Source of the DNA: a virus
Taxonomy: Duplodnaviria; Caudoviricetes
DNA length: 64,000 nucleotides
Reading direction: 5' to 3' (one strand)
Virus record (IMG/VR): IMGVR_UViG_2643221933_000001
Coordinates: 1 to 64,000 of that record
How positions within the stretch are numbered: position 1 is the first letter of the stretch; each line of letters begins with the position of its first letter. Positions 1 through 8,000 of the stretch are shown here, piece after piece. The notes beneath the pieces were generated by a model. The model had not been told where the DNA came from. It did not search any database and was given only the letters and a program-made list of their open reading frames with translations. The position numbers and the translations under genes are program-made.

Positions 1-46
1 TATCCTCGCCGGCTTCCGTGCCTTATCCTCGCCGGCTTCCGTGCCT
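1..46 (+). repeat. Perfect 23-bp tandem duplication
   Basis: TATCCTCGCCGGCTTCCGTGCCT at 1-23 and 24-46. Confidence 0.9.
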
Positions 47-279
47 TTGTAGTCGACGAGCTCGAAGTTGTCGAAGTTGCTCTGGTCGTTTGGATCTTTG
101 AGAGGTGTCTGGCCGATGACGAAGCTCTTGGCTCCGTCTGCCAATCCGACGATTGGCCCTTCCGAGACTCCCAAGAGCACTTCGATGACGTCTGTTGCGA
201 ACAGGTTATCGGAAGTGTTCTTGGTTTTCGCCCCCTTGGAACCCTTGAGTTTCCGGAGGGAGATGTCTTGGATCGTCAT
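1..279 (-). CDS. Tail tip/host-specificity protein J, N-terminal part (runs off the window)
   Basis: My translation from ATG at 279: MTIQDISLRKLKGSKGAKTKNTSDNLFATDVIEVLLGVSEGPIVGLADG...; SEGPI motif typical of lambda gpJ-like proteins; follows L-K-I genes. Confidence 0.8.
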   Translation of the reverse strand, partial: MTIQDISLRKLKGSKGAKTKNTSDNLFATDVIEVLLGVSEGPIVGLADGAKSFVIGQTPLKDPNDQSNFDNFELVDYKGTEAGEDKARKPARI

Positions 280-309
280 GCAGATAACACTCGGTTTTCG
301 CTCGAGTGT

Positions 310-337
310 ATATGGGCATTAGTAGGAATGTTTTCAA
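310..337 (-). promoter_or_regulatory. RpoH(sigma32)-like promoter upstream of gene J
   Basis: Minus strand TTGAA-N16-CCCATAT. Confidence 0.6.
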
Positions 338-363
338 CGCTGTTAGGAATGCAGTCCTGTGGC

Positions 364-1410
364 TCAGTGAGCCGTGAGACTCTGCCTCCAGCGCTGGCGC
401 ATCCACTTCAGACGCTCGGCCGCTTCCATCGGATCGAACTCCCAACGAATGTAGTTCAGCTCGCTCGTGGCGCTCGGATCGATGAGCGCGACCGGGCAGT
501 TATACATGTCCTTCGCGTCGAGGTTCAGCTCCTCGGCATAGCGATCAAGCTTCTTGTAGCTGGCGACCTGGAGGGCATGCCAGATCTTGCCCGTGCCCGG
601 GCGCATGCCGTGGGCGTAACCGGAGACGTGCGTGTGGCCACCGACGTAGATGTCGGACGAACCATCCAGCTGCGCCTTCTTGGCGGCGCCATACACCTCC
701 GACCACATGGACTTGCCGGCGAAGCCGTGGACCGCATAGATCTTCAGATCCCGGCCGTTCGGGAACGTCAGCTGCATCTGCACCTTGTTCGGCTTGAACA
801 CCGCGGCGTTCTCAGCGAGCAGGCCACGCAGGATGTCGTTGCCGTTGTTCCAGGCATCGTGGTTGCCGGCCACATAGAACAGCCAGTTCACGCGGGACAG
901 GAACTCCTCAACGATCGCGTTGGCTTCGGCAAGGCTCGTCCCCTGCTCCGCGTAAAGGCGAGCAAGGCCCCCGACCCAGCGGTTGCTGACGTCGCCCAGG
1001 TTCGAAGCGAAGAGACCTTCATGCCGGCCGTCGAAGAGATCGACGTGGGAGAACAGCTCACGCAGGTCGGTACCGTCATCGTCGACATGGGGGTCGCCCA
1101 TGAAGCCGAGGCCGATCGGACCCTCCAGCTTGCAGCGGACGGGGATCACCTTCTCCCGATCGAAGATCTGCTTCTTGCGATCGAACTGGGCGATGCGCCG
1201 CTGGATCAGCTCCTGCACGTCGATCTCGCTGGCGGTCTTCCCACCGGGTAGGTCGACCTCGAAGTCGCTGTCCTGCCAGCGCTTCTTCATGCCGCGGATG
1301 CCGGACTCGGAGATGTCATACCCTTTCTCGCGGAGGTACCGAGCAGCCGGCCGGAAGCCGCCCATCTCGCTGATGGCAGTCTTGATCAGTTCTTCAGAGG
1401 GGCGCGTCAT
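364..1410 (-). CDS. Calcineurin-like metallophosphoesterase with a putative N-terminal HTH
   Basis: Motifs GDPH, GD, GNHD, HG, GHTH; N-terminus with AARYL...ISESGIR resembles an HTH; ATGA overlap with gene I. Confidence 0.85.
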   Translation of the reverse strand: MTRPSEELIKTAISEMGGFRPAARYLREKGYDISESGIRGMKKRWQDSDFEVDLPGGKTASEIDVQELIQRRIAQFDRKKQIFDREKVIPVRCKLEGPIGLGFMGDPHVDDDGTDLRELFSHVDLFDGRHEGLFASNLGDVSNRWVGGLARLYAEQGTSLAEANAIVEEFLSRVNWLFYVAGNHDAWNNGNDILRGLLAENAAVFKPNKVQMQLTFPNGRDLKIYAVHGFAGKSMWSEVYGAAKKAQLDGSSDIYVGGHTHVSGYAHGMRPGTGKIWHALQVASYKKLDRYAEELNLDAKDMYNCPVALIDPSATSELNYIRWEFDPMEAAERLKWMRQRWRQSLTAH

Positions 1411-1961
1411 GGCTTGTACTCGATTGCGTTGATGTCGAAGGAGAGGAAATGTGGGTAGATCATGTGCTCGCCGTAGAGGACCGGGATGCGGGTTCCGATC
1501 TTCACCGTGTTCTTCGGTGTGCCGAGATAGGCACTGGTCTGCTGCTGGCTTTTGTCAGCTTCGGGTTTGGGTGCCAGGAGGGCCGTCAAGCCGCCGAGAA
1601 GCGCGAGGGCGCCGACCTTGATGAGCATGGAGCCGAACAGGGTGGCGCCGCCCAGCAGCAAGCCGACGCCGATCAGCGCGACCCCCAGAAGGATCTGGAG
1701 GAAGCCGCCGTTCTTTCCGCCGCTCATCTGCGGGACGAGATGGATCTCGGTGTTCTCGGGGCCCAGATCGGTATGCAGCGACTCCTCCGTGTCGAAGCCG
1801 GCGACCTTGATACGGTGGCGTCCCCGAATGGGATCGGGTTGAAAGCCGGGGAGTTGGCGGGTGACTGCCTCGATCACTTCGGCCGCGGTCTCGCCTGCCA
1901 TCGTGATCGGGCCGTCGTGGAACGCTGAGAGGTAGCCGTGGAGATAGACCTTAACCAACAA
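1407..1961 (-). CDS. Tail assembly protein I-like (ubiquitin-like domain plus hydrophobic segment)
   Basis: VKVYLHG start, IHLVPQMSGG, Gly-rich hydrophobic stretch, G.RIPVLYGE motif. Confidence 0.85.
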   Translation of the reverse strand: MLVKVYLHGYLSAFHDGPITMAGETAAEVIEAVTRQLPGFQPDPIRGRHRIKVAGFDTEESLHTDLGPENTEIHLVPQMSGGKNGGFLQILLGVALIGVGLLLGGATLFGSMLIKVGALALLGGLTALLAPKPEADKSQQQTSAYLGTPKNTVKIGTRIPVLYGEHMIYPHFLSFDINAIEYKP

Positions 1962-2268
1962 GGACGTCGCCTCCCTCTACGAAGAACCGGGTCACGCCAT
2001 CGTTGCCGATGATGAAGTGGTCGTGCTCTGGCCAGTTGAGGAACGTCGCATAGTCGCCGGCCGACAGGTTGGAGTCCTCGTCGGGATGCGTATGCCAGGT
2101 GGAGCTGGCCAGAGGTGCGAACCGAATGATGTCCTCGCCACGCATGTCGAAGCCGTTGGTGGGATCGGTGCAGATGTTGGGCACCTCGACGATGTCGCCG
2201 TTCTTCAGAATGAAGCCACACCGCTCATTGGGGCCCTCATAGAGGGCGAGAAGATCCGAGGTACTCAT
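1951..2268 (-). CDS. JAB/Mov34 metallopeptidase (gpK-like N-terminal domain)
   Basis: ERCG ... WHTHP ... LSAGD JAMM motif. Confidence 0.88.
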   Translation of the reverse strand: MSTSDLLALYEGPNERCGFILKNGDIVEVPNICTDPTNGFDMRGEDIIRFAPLASSTWHTHPDEDSNLSAGDYATFLNWPEHDHFIIGNDGVTRFFVEGGDVLVG

Positions 2269-2722
2269 CGAGTTTCCTTTTGATGCTCGGGCTCACCAGA
2301 TCGAGGAGGTTCGCCGTGGTCTCGGTTTTCTCGAGGACGACGTCCTTATGACGGAAGACGGCAAGCGTGGTGTTGCGCAGGAGAAGGCGGTAGGGCTCAA
2401 CGACCGACAGCCGGCCGAACATGTGATGGAGGACTTGGCCGTCTTCCACGAACACTCCCGCGTGGTTCCCGATCGAGGACTCCACGGCGCACAGGATCAC
2501 GTCTCCCGGCAGGTACTGCGAGGGATGGCAGTCCAGCAGATAGAAGCCGCACTTCTGGTAACGCGCCATATAGAGGTTCAGATCGTGTTCCCAGAACTGC
2601 TTCGGGCAGGCGAAATTTGGGAACTGGACGCCGAAGTTGTCGGCATAGAAATCGCGGACCAGATGGATGCAGTTCTGGTTTTTGTAATCGAACGGCCGGC
2701 CGAGCAGATGGTCGTACTTCAT
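2237..2722 (-). CDS. NlpC/P60 protein (gpK-like C-terminal domain)
   Basis: NCIHLVRDFY, PGDVIL, NHAGVF, VLHH motifs. Confidence 0.88.
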   Translation of the reverse strand: MKYDHLLGRPFDYKNQNCIHLVRDFYADNFGVQFPNFACPKQFWEHDLNLYMARYQKCGFYLLDCHPSQYLPGDVILCAVESSIGNHAGVFVEDGQVLHHMFGRLSVVEPYRLLLRNTTLAVFRHKDVVLEKTETTANLLDLVSPSIKRKLDEYLGSSRPL

Positions 2723-3213
2723 CAGAGCGTCACCATTGGGAACTCAGGGGGAGCAAACTGTCGAACGGGGATCTGGAAGTTGGCGCCTTCCGTCATGTTC
2801 CGGAGTTCGAATGTGATGCTCTGACCGGAGATCAGTTCCCTGATCCTCCCCACGTACCACATGCGCTGCTCGGAAATGTTGACGTTGTTCTTGATGTGAT
2901 CAACCCGCACACGCTGGCGCGTCACGCTGGCCAGATCGAGCTGTCCCTTCACCGCGGCAGAGTTGAAGACCCCGAGCGGGTTCATGATCTGGATGACCGG
3001 CCGGCTCTCTTCGCCATCGGCTGACCGGTTGTCGCCCGTCAGTTTGCAGGCCATGCCTTCGAACTTCAGACCACGCCAGGTCACCTCGTCGTTGTTCTTG
3101 AAACGGAAGATGACTGGCAGGTTCTTGAGGCGGATGGTGTAGAGCTCGACGAGGCCGTCTGCACTCAGCTTCTGGGCTTCTTGCTTGTGACTGAGCGGAG
3201 CCGACGACGTCAT
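2722..3213 (-). CDS. Minor tail protein L-like
   Basis: LVELYTI/VTWRG motifs; position between M-like and K-like genes. Confidence 0.7.
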   Translation of the reverse strand: MTSSAPLSHKQEAQKLSADGLVELYTIRLKNLPVIFRFKNNDEVTWRGLKFEGMACKLTGDNRSADGEESRPVIQIMNPLGVFNSAAVKGQLDLASVTRQRVRVDHIKNNVNISEQRMWYVGRIRELISGQSITFELRNMTEGANFQIPVRQFAPPEFPMVTL

Positions 3214-3590
3214 GGCTGTGTCAGGAACTCCAGCTGGAATGCCTCGACGGTCCCCTGCCCGTTCTCCGCGACCTTGTATTCGAGCGGCTTGGAAAAGCGC
3301 ACGGTCAAGTTTCCCTTACCGGGAATCGGGAGCAGGAACTTCGTCCAGAGCTGCACCCGGTTATAGAAGGCCTCGAGCCGAGCGATGTTGATCGCAGGGT
3401 TCTTCGTGAGGCTCACCACTCCGGGGGAGGACTCGTAGAATTTCATCGTTTTGAAGTGAAGGAGGTACGTTACCTGATCAGGAGAATTTGGCTTGCTTGC
3501 AAATTCGTAGCCCCGTCCAAACTTCACCTTCGCTGAGGACTCTGGATAGCGCACTGTCCAGGTGAAGTACGGGAAATCAAACGTTTCCAT
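3210..3590 (-). CDS. Distal tail/minor tail protein M-like
   Basis: METFDF start, VKFGRGYE motif; position downstream of the tape measure. Confidence 0.75.
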   Translation of the reverse strand: METFDFPYFTWTVRYPESSAKVKFGRGYEFASKPNSPDQVTYLLHFKTMKFYESSPGVVSLTKNPAINIARLEAFYNRVQLWTKFLLPIPGKGNLTVRFSKPLEYKVAENGQGTVEAFQLEFLTQP

Positions 3591-4219
3591 TGCAGCTTAT
3601 GTGGGTTCGGAACCCTTTCATTACAAGAGTTTATATATCTGGTATCTATGGGCTTCAGCTTTTTAGACCCACCCCTTCGGATCCACGTTAGCCACTCCTT
3701 CGAAATGACGCGAACGATGTTCGGCAGGCTTTTCTGACCCCGAACCGGCCGGCGCTCGATCGAGATCAAACCCATCATCTCAGCTTTGCGCAGCGTCTTC
3801 TGCACCGTCGAGTGACCGACGTCTGCCCGCTTGCGCCAGTTCATGATCGGCTTGTCGAAATACCCACCTTCGAACGTCAGGATCGCGAGGACAGCCAGCT
3901 CACAGGTGGTGAAGGCCGCTGCCAGATGGCTCGGCATAGGCCCGGTATTGGCCAGGCCGCGGCGGTGCGCCAGCTCGATCTGGGTGCGGGTCTTCCTCTT
4001 TCGGCGTGGCCGCGGTGGGAACACCGTGGTGCGAGCGCGACCAATCATCTCGGCCAGCGACACGTATTCATCCTCGGAGATAGAGCCATTGCCCCACTCC
4101 TTGATGACGGCTGCAGATAGGGCGTCAAGGTTCGCCCGCTCCGTCGATGCGACGGCACGTCTCAATATCTCAAACACACGACCTCTCAGCTCGAGAAGCG
4201 GCAACTTCTCGATTGACAA
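3524..4219 (-). CDS. Winged-HTH protein, candidate plasmid replication initiator
   Basis: HTH-like ADVGHSTVQKTLRKAEMMGLISIERR followed by a wing ending in PN; basic protein; TTG start; counter-transcribed promoter and terminator upstream. Confidence 0.55.
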   Translation of the reverse strand: MSIEKLPLLELRGRVFEILRRAVASTERANLDALSAAVIKEWGNGSISEDEYVSLAEMIGRARTTVFPPRPRRKRKTRTQIELAHRRGLANTGPMPSHLAAAFTTCELAVLAILTFEGGYFDKPIMNWRKRADVGHSTVQKTLRKAEMMGLISIERRPVRGQKSLPNIVRVISKEWLTWIRRGGSKKLKPIDTRYINSCNERVPNPHKLQWKRLISRTSPGQCAIQSPQRR

Positions 4220-4241
4220 GCGAATCAGTTTTTGGGATATT
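4213..4241 (+). promoter_or_regulatory. Sigma70-type promoter for a counter-transcribed RNA
   Basis: TTGACA(4213-4218)-N17-GATATT(4236-4241); GAATC (GANTC) site in the spacer. Confidence 0.65.
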
Positions 4242-4246
4242 CATCA

Positions 4247-4323
4247 CCAGCGAAGGGGTGTGACGAATATCCCTGTGAATTTGGAAGAGCTCTGGGACGG
4301 CAATCCTGGGGCTCTTTTCGTTT
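4247..4323 (+). ncRNA. Putative ~75-nt counter-transcribed antisense RNA (ctRNA-like)
   Basis: Lies between the promoter above and hairpin AAGAGCTCTGGGA-CGGCAA-TCCTGGGGCTCTT plus T-tract; antisense to the leader of 3524..4219. Confidence 0.5.
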
Positions 4324-4414
4324 GTGGCTACGTCACGACTCTGTTTCCTTTCTCGAAAATTCCTGTAATCATGACCTAGGTCACGAGTCGTGGCAAGCGA
4401 GTAATTTTTGTTGC

Positions 4415-4436
4415 TACCGGGTATTTACCGGGTAAA
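4415..4436. promoter_or_regulatory. Tandem palindromic operator TACCGGGTA x2
   Basis: TACCGGGTA at 4415-4423 and 4426-4434, just upstream of the RHH gene. Confidence 0.55.
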
Positions 4437-4449
4437 GACGAGAGAGTAG

Positions 4450-4623
4450 ATGTCCGAACAGGTGCTCATGAACGTGAAGGTTGACCGAGAGCTCAAGGAA
4501 GCTTTCACAGCCAGGGTCGCCGAGCAGGATCGCAACGTCTCGCAGGTGCTGCGGGAACTGATGCGGGCATATGTGCGTAAGCCCACGACCGAGCTCAAAT
4601 TGATCGAAGAAACAAAAAACTAG
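4450..4623 (+). CDS. Ribbon-helix-helix (CopG-like) DNA-binding protein, 57 aa
   Basis: Not in ORF track; MSEQVLMNVKVDRELKEAFTARVAEQDRNVSQVLRELMRAYVRK... fits the RHH pattern. Confidence 0.8.
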   Translation: MSEQVLMNVKVDRELKEAFTARVAEQDRNVSQVLRELMRAYVRKPTTELKLIEETKN

Positions 4624-4635
4624 CTCGAGGCCTGA

Positions 4636-5031
4636 ATGTATTTTGAAGTGGTTGGGGGAGACTTCGAAGGTAAGGCGTTTCCTACGAAGTCTATGTTCGG
4701 AGGGGTGAAGGCCAAAAACTTCCGAGGCCTCCGGATAATCTCCGCGCAGAAGACGTATGAACCTGGTGAGATAGTCCGGTTCAAAGACTTTGGAGCTGTG
4801 GCTTCCCTGGACGTAAATGCAGCAGCTATGGCCTTAGCTGGTGGTGTGGCGTTTGGAACCGTTGGTGCGATCGCAGGCGGTCTAGCCGGCAAGCAACCTG
4901 TCTGGACAGTCGGTATCGAGTTCTCGGATGGCAAGAAGGCCATCCTGCGGACGAACCGTCCGCAGGATGCCAACATGCAGATCTTACGAAAGTTCATCGA
5001 GACGAAACATCTCGAGAAATTCGACTTCTAG
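4636..5031 (+). CDS. Hypothetical protein with a Gly-rich hydrophobic segment (moron)
   Basis: 131-aa ORF directly after the RHH gene; AGGVAFGTVGAIAGGLAG glycine zipper. Confidence 0.65.
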   Translation: MYFEVVGGDFEGKAFPTKSMFGGVKAKNFRGLRIISAQKTYEPGEIVRFKDFGAVASLDVNAAAMALAGGVAFGTVGAIAGGLAGKQPVWTVGIEFSDGKKAILRTNRPQDANMQILRKFIETKHLEKFDF

Positions 5032-8000
5032 ATCGCCCCCATATTCACCTGCTGGATGAGCGTCTTGATCGTGCCGCGGCGGCTGATGTTGTCAGCGATC
5101 GTCGCGATGATGTCCTTGTCGCTCGGCGGGGGAACCTGGTCCGGAGCCACGACCCAGACGTTGACCTGACCGTTGTTCTGGAGCTGCTCGTCCTTCTTGG
5201 CAGCGCGGCCGTCCAGAGCGCCGGCCGAGATCTGGCGGTTGCCGAGGTTGTTCAGCTCGTTGAAGCCCTTGTCCCCGATCACATCCATTGCTGACTTACG
5301 CAGGATGCCCTCACCCGGCATGACATTGACCAGCACGTTGTCGCGGAAGGGCGAGGCGCCGTTCGCGGCACGGGGGATCACCCGGCCGTTGGCGGCACGG
5401 ACGATCTTGCCGTTGGCAGCTGTCCCCGGGGTGGCGAAGAGACCCTGGAACAGCTGGTCGACGAACGAGTTTCCGCCGCCCGCACCCCCGCCGAACAACG
5501 ACATGATGATCTGGTTTGCCAGTGCCTTCGCGATGATCTGCATGAACATCTGAAGAATCGTGCTGCCGAGCTGCTTGAACGCTTCGCCGGCCGTCATCGT
5601 GCCCGAGGCGATGTTCATGAAGAACTCGCTGAAGCCGTTGGACAGACCATCAAGCACCTGCCCCCAGGCTTCCCCAACCTGCTGAGCCATCGGGATCATC
5701 TTGCCTTGTGCGTCGAGGATACCGTTGGACTGAGCCCAGGCATTCGTCGACGACTGGATAGCACTGGTCACGGACGGGCCCTGCTGAGCCTTGACCGCAT
5801 CGAGCGCGTTGTTGGTCTGCTTCAGCTCGTTGTTGCGAGCGATCAAATCGTTCTCCTGCAGCCTCCACATGTCGGCTTCAGTGTTGCGGCCGGCGGACTC
5901 GGCTTCAGAGGCGTAGCGACGGACCTCAGCGATCTGCTTCTCGATGAGCAGGACGCGGTTGGCAGCAGCTTCACGCTCGCGATCGCGGACGTCTGCTTCC
6001 ATCGTCTGGAAATCCATCGTCGTGAACTTCTGAGCCATGTCCGGCTGGCGGGCGGCGTCGAGCTTCGCCTTGGCGGCATCAACCGGCCGGTTCAGCTCCT
6101 CGTCGGCAGCCTTGTAGTATTCCTCCATGATCTTGAGGACGTCACTGTTCAGACCGTCGCGGAGCTTTTCCTGCAGCTCCTTGCGGCGCAGCTGGACGTC
6201 CGGCAGAGCCAGGCCTTCGGCGTTCTCCACGTCGAACTTCTTGAGCTCAGCATCCATGATCTTGGCATGGGCATCCTGAACCTGCTTCTGGATCTCCTGG
6301 ATCGAGCCGCTGTCTTCGTTCAGGCGGGCCTGCGTCTTCAGGGTGCCCAGCCGAGCATTGAGGTTCTTGATCGTGGCGTCCTGGATCGTCTTGACCCGCT
6401 TGACCTCCGACTCCTCAATGATCTTGTTCGTCTCGGCCGTCGACTTCTCGATCTCACCAGCGCCGGATGTGTCCGTGCCGGCGACAAACGCCTGTGCATT
6501 CGCGAGGCGCTTGGAGATGTGATTGATGTCCGGATCGGCGTTGGGCCGTTCGAACTGGTTCATGAAATCGCGGGTCAGCGTCTGGACGTCTTCGCCGCCA
6601 TTCTTCAGCCGGTTGAACAGCTGGGGGTAGTCGCGCTGCAGCTCGTGCAGAACGAAGTCATACTGGGCCCCGGCGTCGGTGACGTCCTTGCCTTGACCGA
6701 TGGCGAAAGACCGGAGCTCGTTATAGCGAGTGCCCCGCCACTGGGCGACACCATGTGCGGTTCCATGGTCACCCACGGCGCGGGTGTTGAACTGGGACTC
6801 CACTGCCAGGTTACCGGCAATAGCTGCGGCGCCCTCCTTCGACAGGCCGCGGTCCATGTAGTGCTTGATCGCCGCCTGGGCACTGCCGGCGACGGCCTCA
6901 CTGATCGGCTGGCTGAGGTCGATCGCTTCGATGCGGGTGTCGATGTTGGAGATCTTGCCGAGCTCGCCACCAAGCGATGCGGTCAGTTCGCGGATCTTCT
7001 TGACCAGTGCGTCGAAGGCAGCGCTCGGCGGGGTCCGCTTCAGCTCGTCCTGCGCCAGGTCGATCTGGGTCCGGATGTTCTTCGCCGTGTCGGCAATCGC
7101 TTCCTTCTGACGCTGAAGCGAAGCCTTCAGGAGATCCTGCTCCTTCTGGATGGCGTCGTCGTTGACTTCCTTCGCGTCCTTGGTCAGCTTTTCGAGACCA
7201 TACTGGAGCTCGTCCTGACGGGTCTCCAGTGCGTCGGGGTCCGTGGTGACCGCGATCAGCTTGGCGTAGTGGCTCTTGAGGGCTTCGGTCGATACCTTGA
7301 GGTATTCGGTGTAGGCCTTCTTGGCGACATCGAGAGCCTGCTGGTTAGGCGCGTTCGTGATGTCGCGGCGAAGCCGGCCGAACTGCTCGTTCTGCTGTGC
7401 CGCCTGCTCACGGGTCTGCTTCTCGAGAAGCTTGCGCTGGCGCGTCTGAGCTTCGCTCTCCTGGCCGCGGGCGCCGAGACCGAAGGCCCCCATCTTGTCA
7501 CGGAACTCCCGGGCGATCGGCTCGGCGTTCAGCTTGTTGATGCTGGCATCGCGGTCGAAGGAACGACGGAACGTCTCGACAGCGTCGTCCGTCATCTGTT
7601 CAAGCCATTTGTCGAGCGCCGTGAGCGCCTCGATTTCCTGCTCGGACGTCAGACCCTTCTTGCGAAGATCACGCAGGCGGGTGTCGTATTCATCCTTGAT
7701 CTGACCGCTGCGGGTGTCGAGCTGCTTATAGGCGTTGGAGCTCTGGATGCTCGCCTGGTCGATCTTCTTCTCACCCTGCCGCTGTTCTTCGCGCTTCTGT
7801 TCCAGCGAGGTGACATTGGCGATGAGCGGCTGAAGGACTTCCTTCAGGGTGGTGAGAAACGCGATATCACGCTCACTGGTAACCGAGCCGTTGAGCTTCA
7901 GCTCATCGATCTTGGCATTGATCCGCTTCTCGAAGGCAACCGCAGCGAGGGCGTCATCGCCGCTGACTGCACTCATGTCCCGGTTTGCGAGGCGAAGCGC

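Noticed and set aside
206-445. 79-aa minus ORF as the gene after the phosphoesterase
   Set aside because: The alternative frame from ATG 279 gives a recognisable gpJ-like N-terminus.
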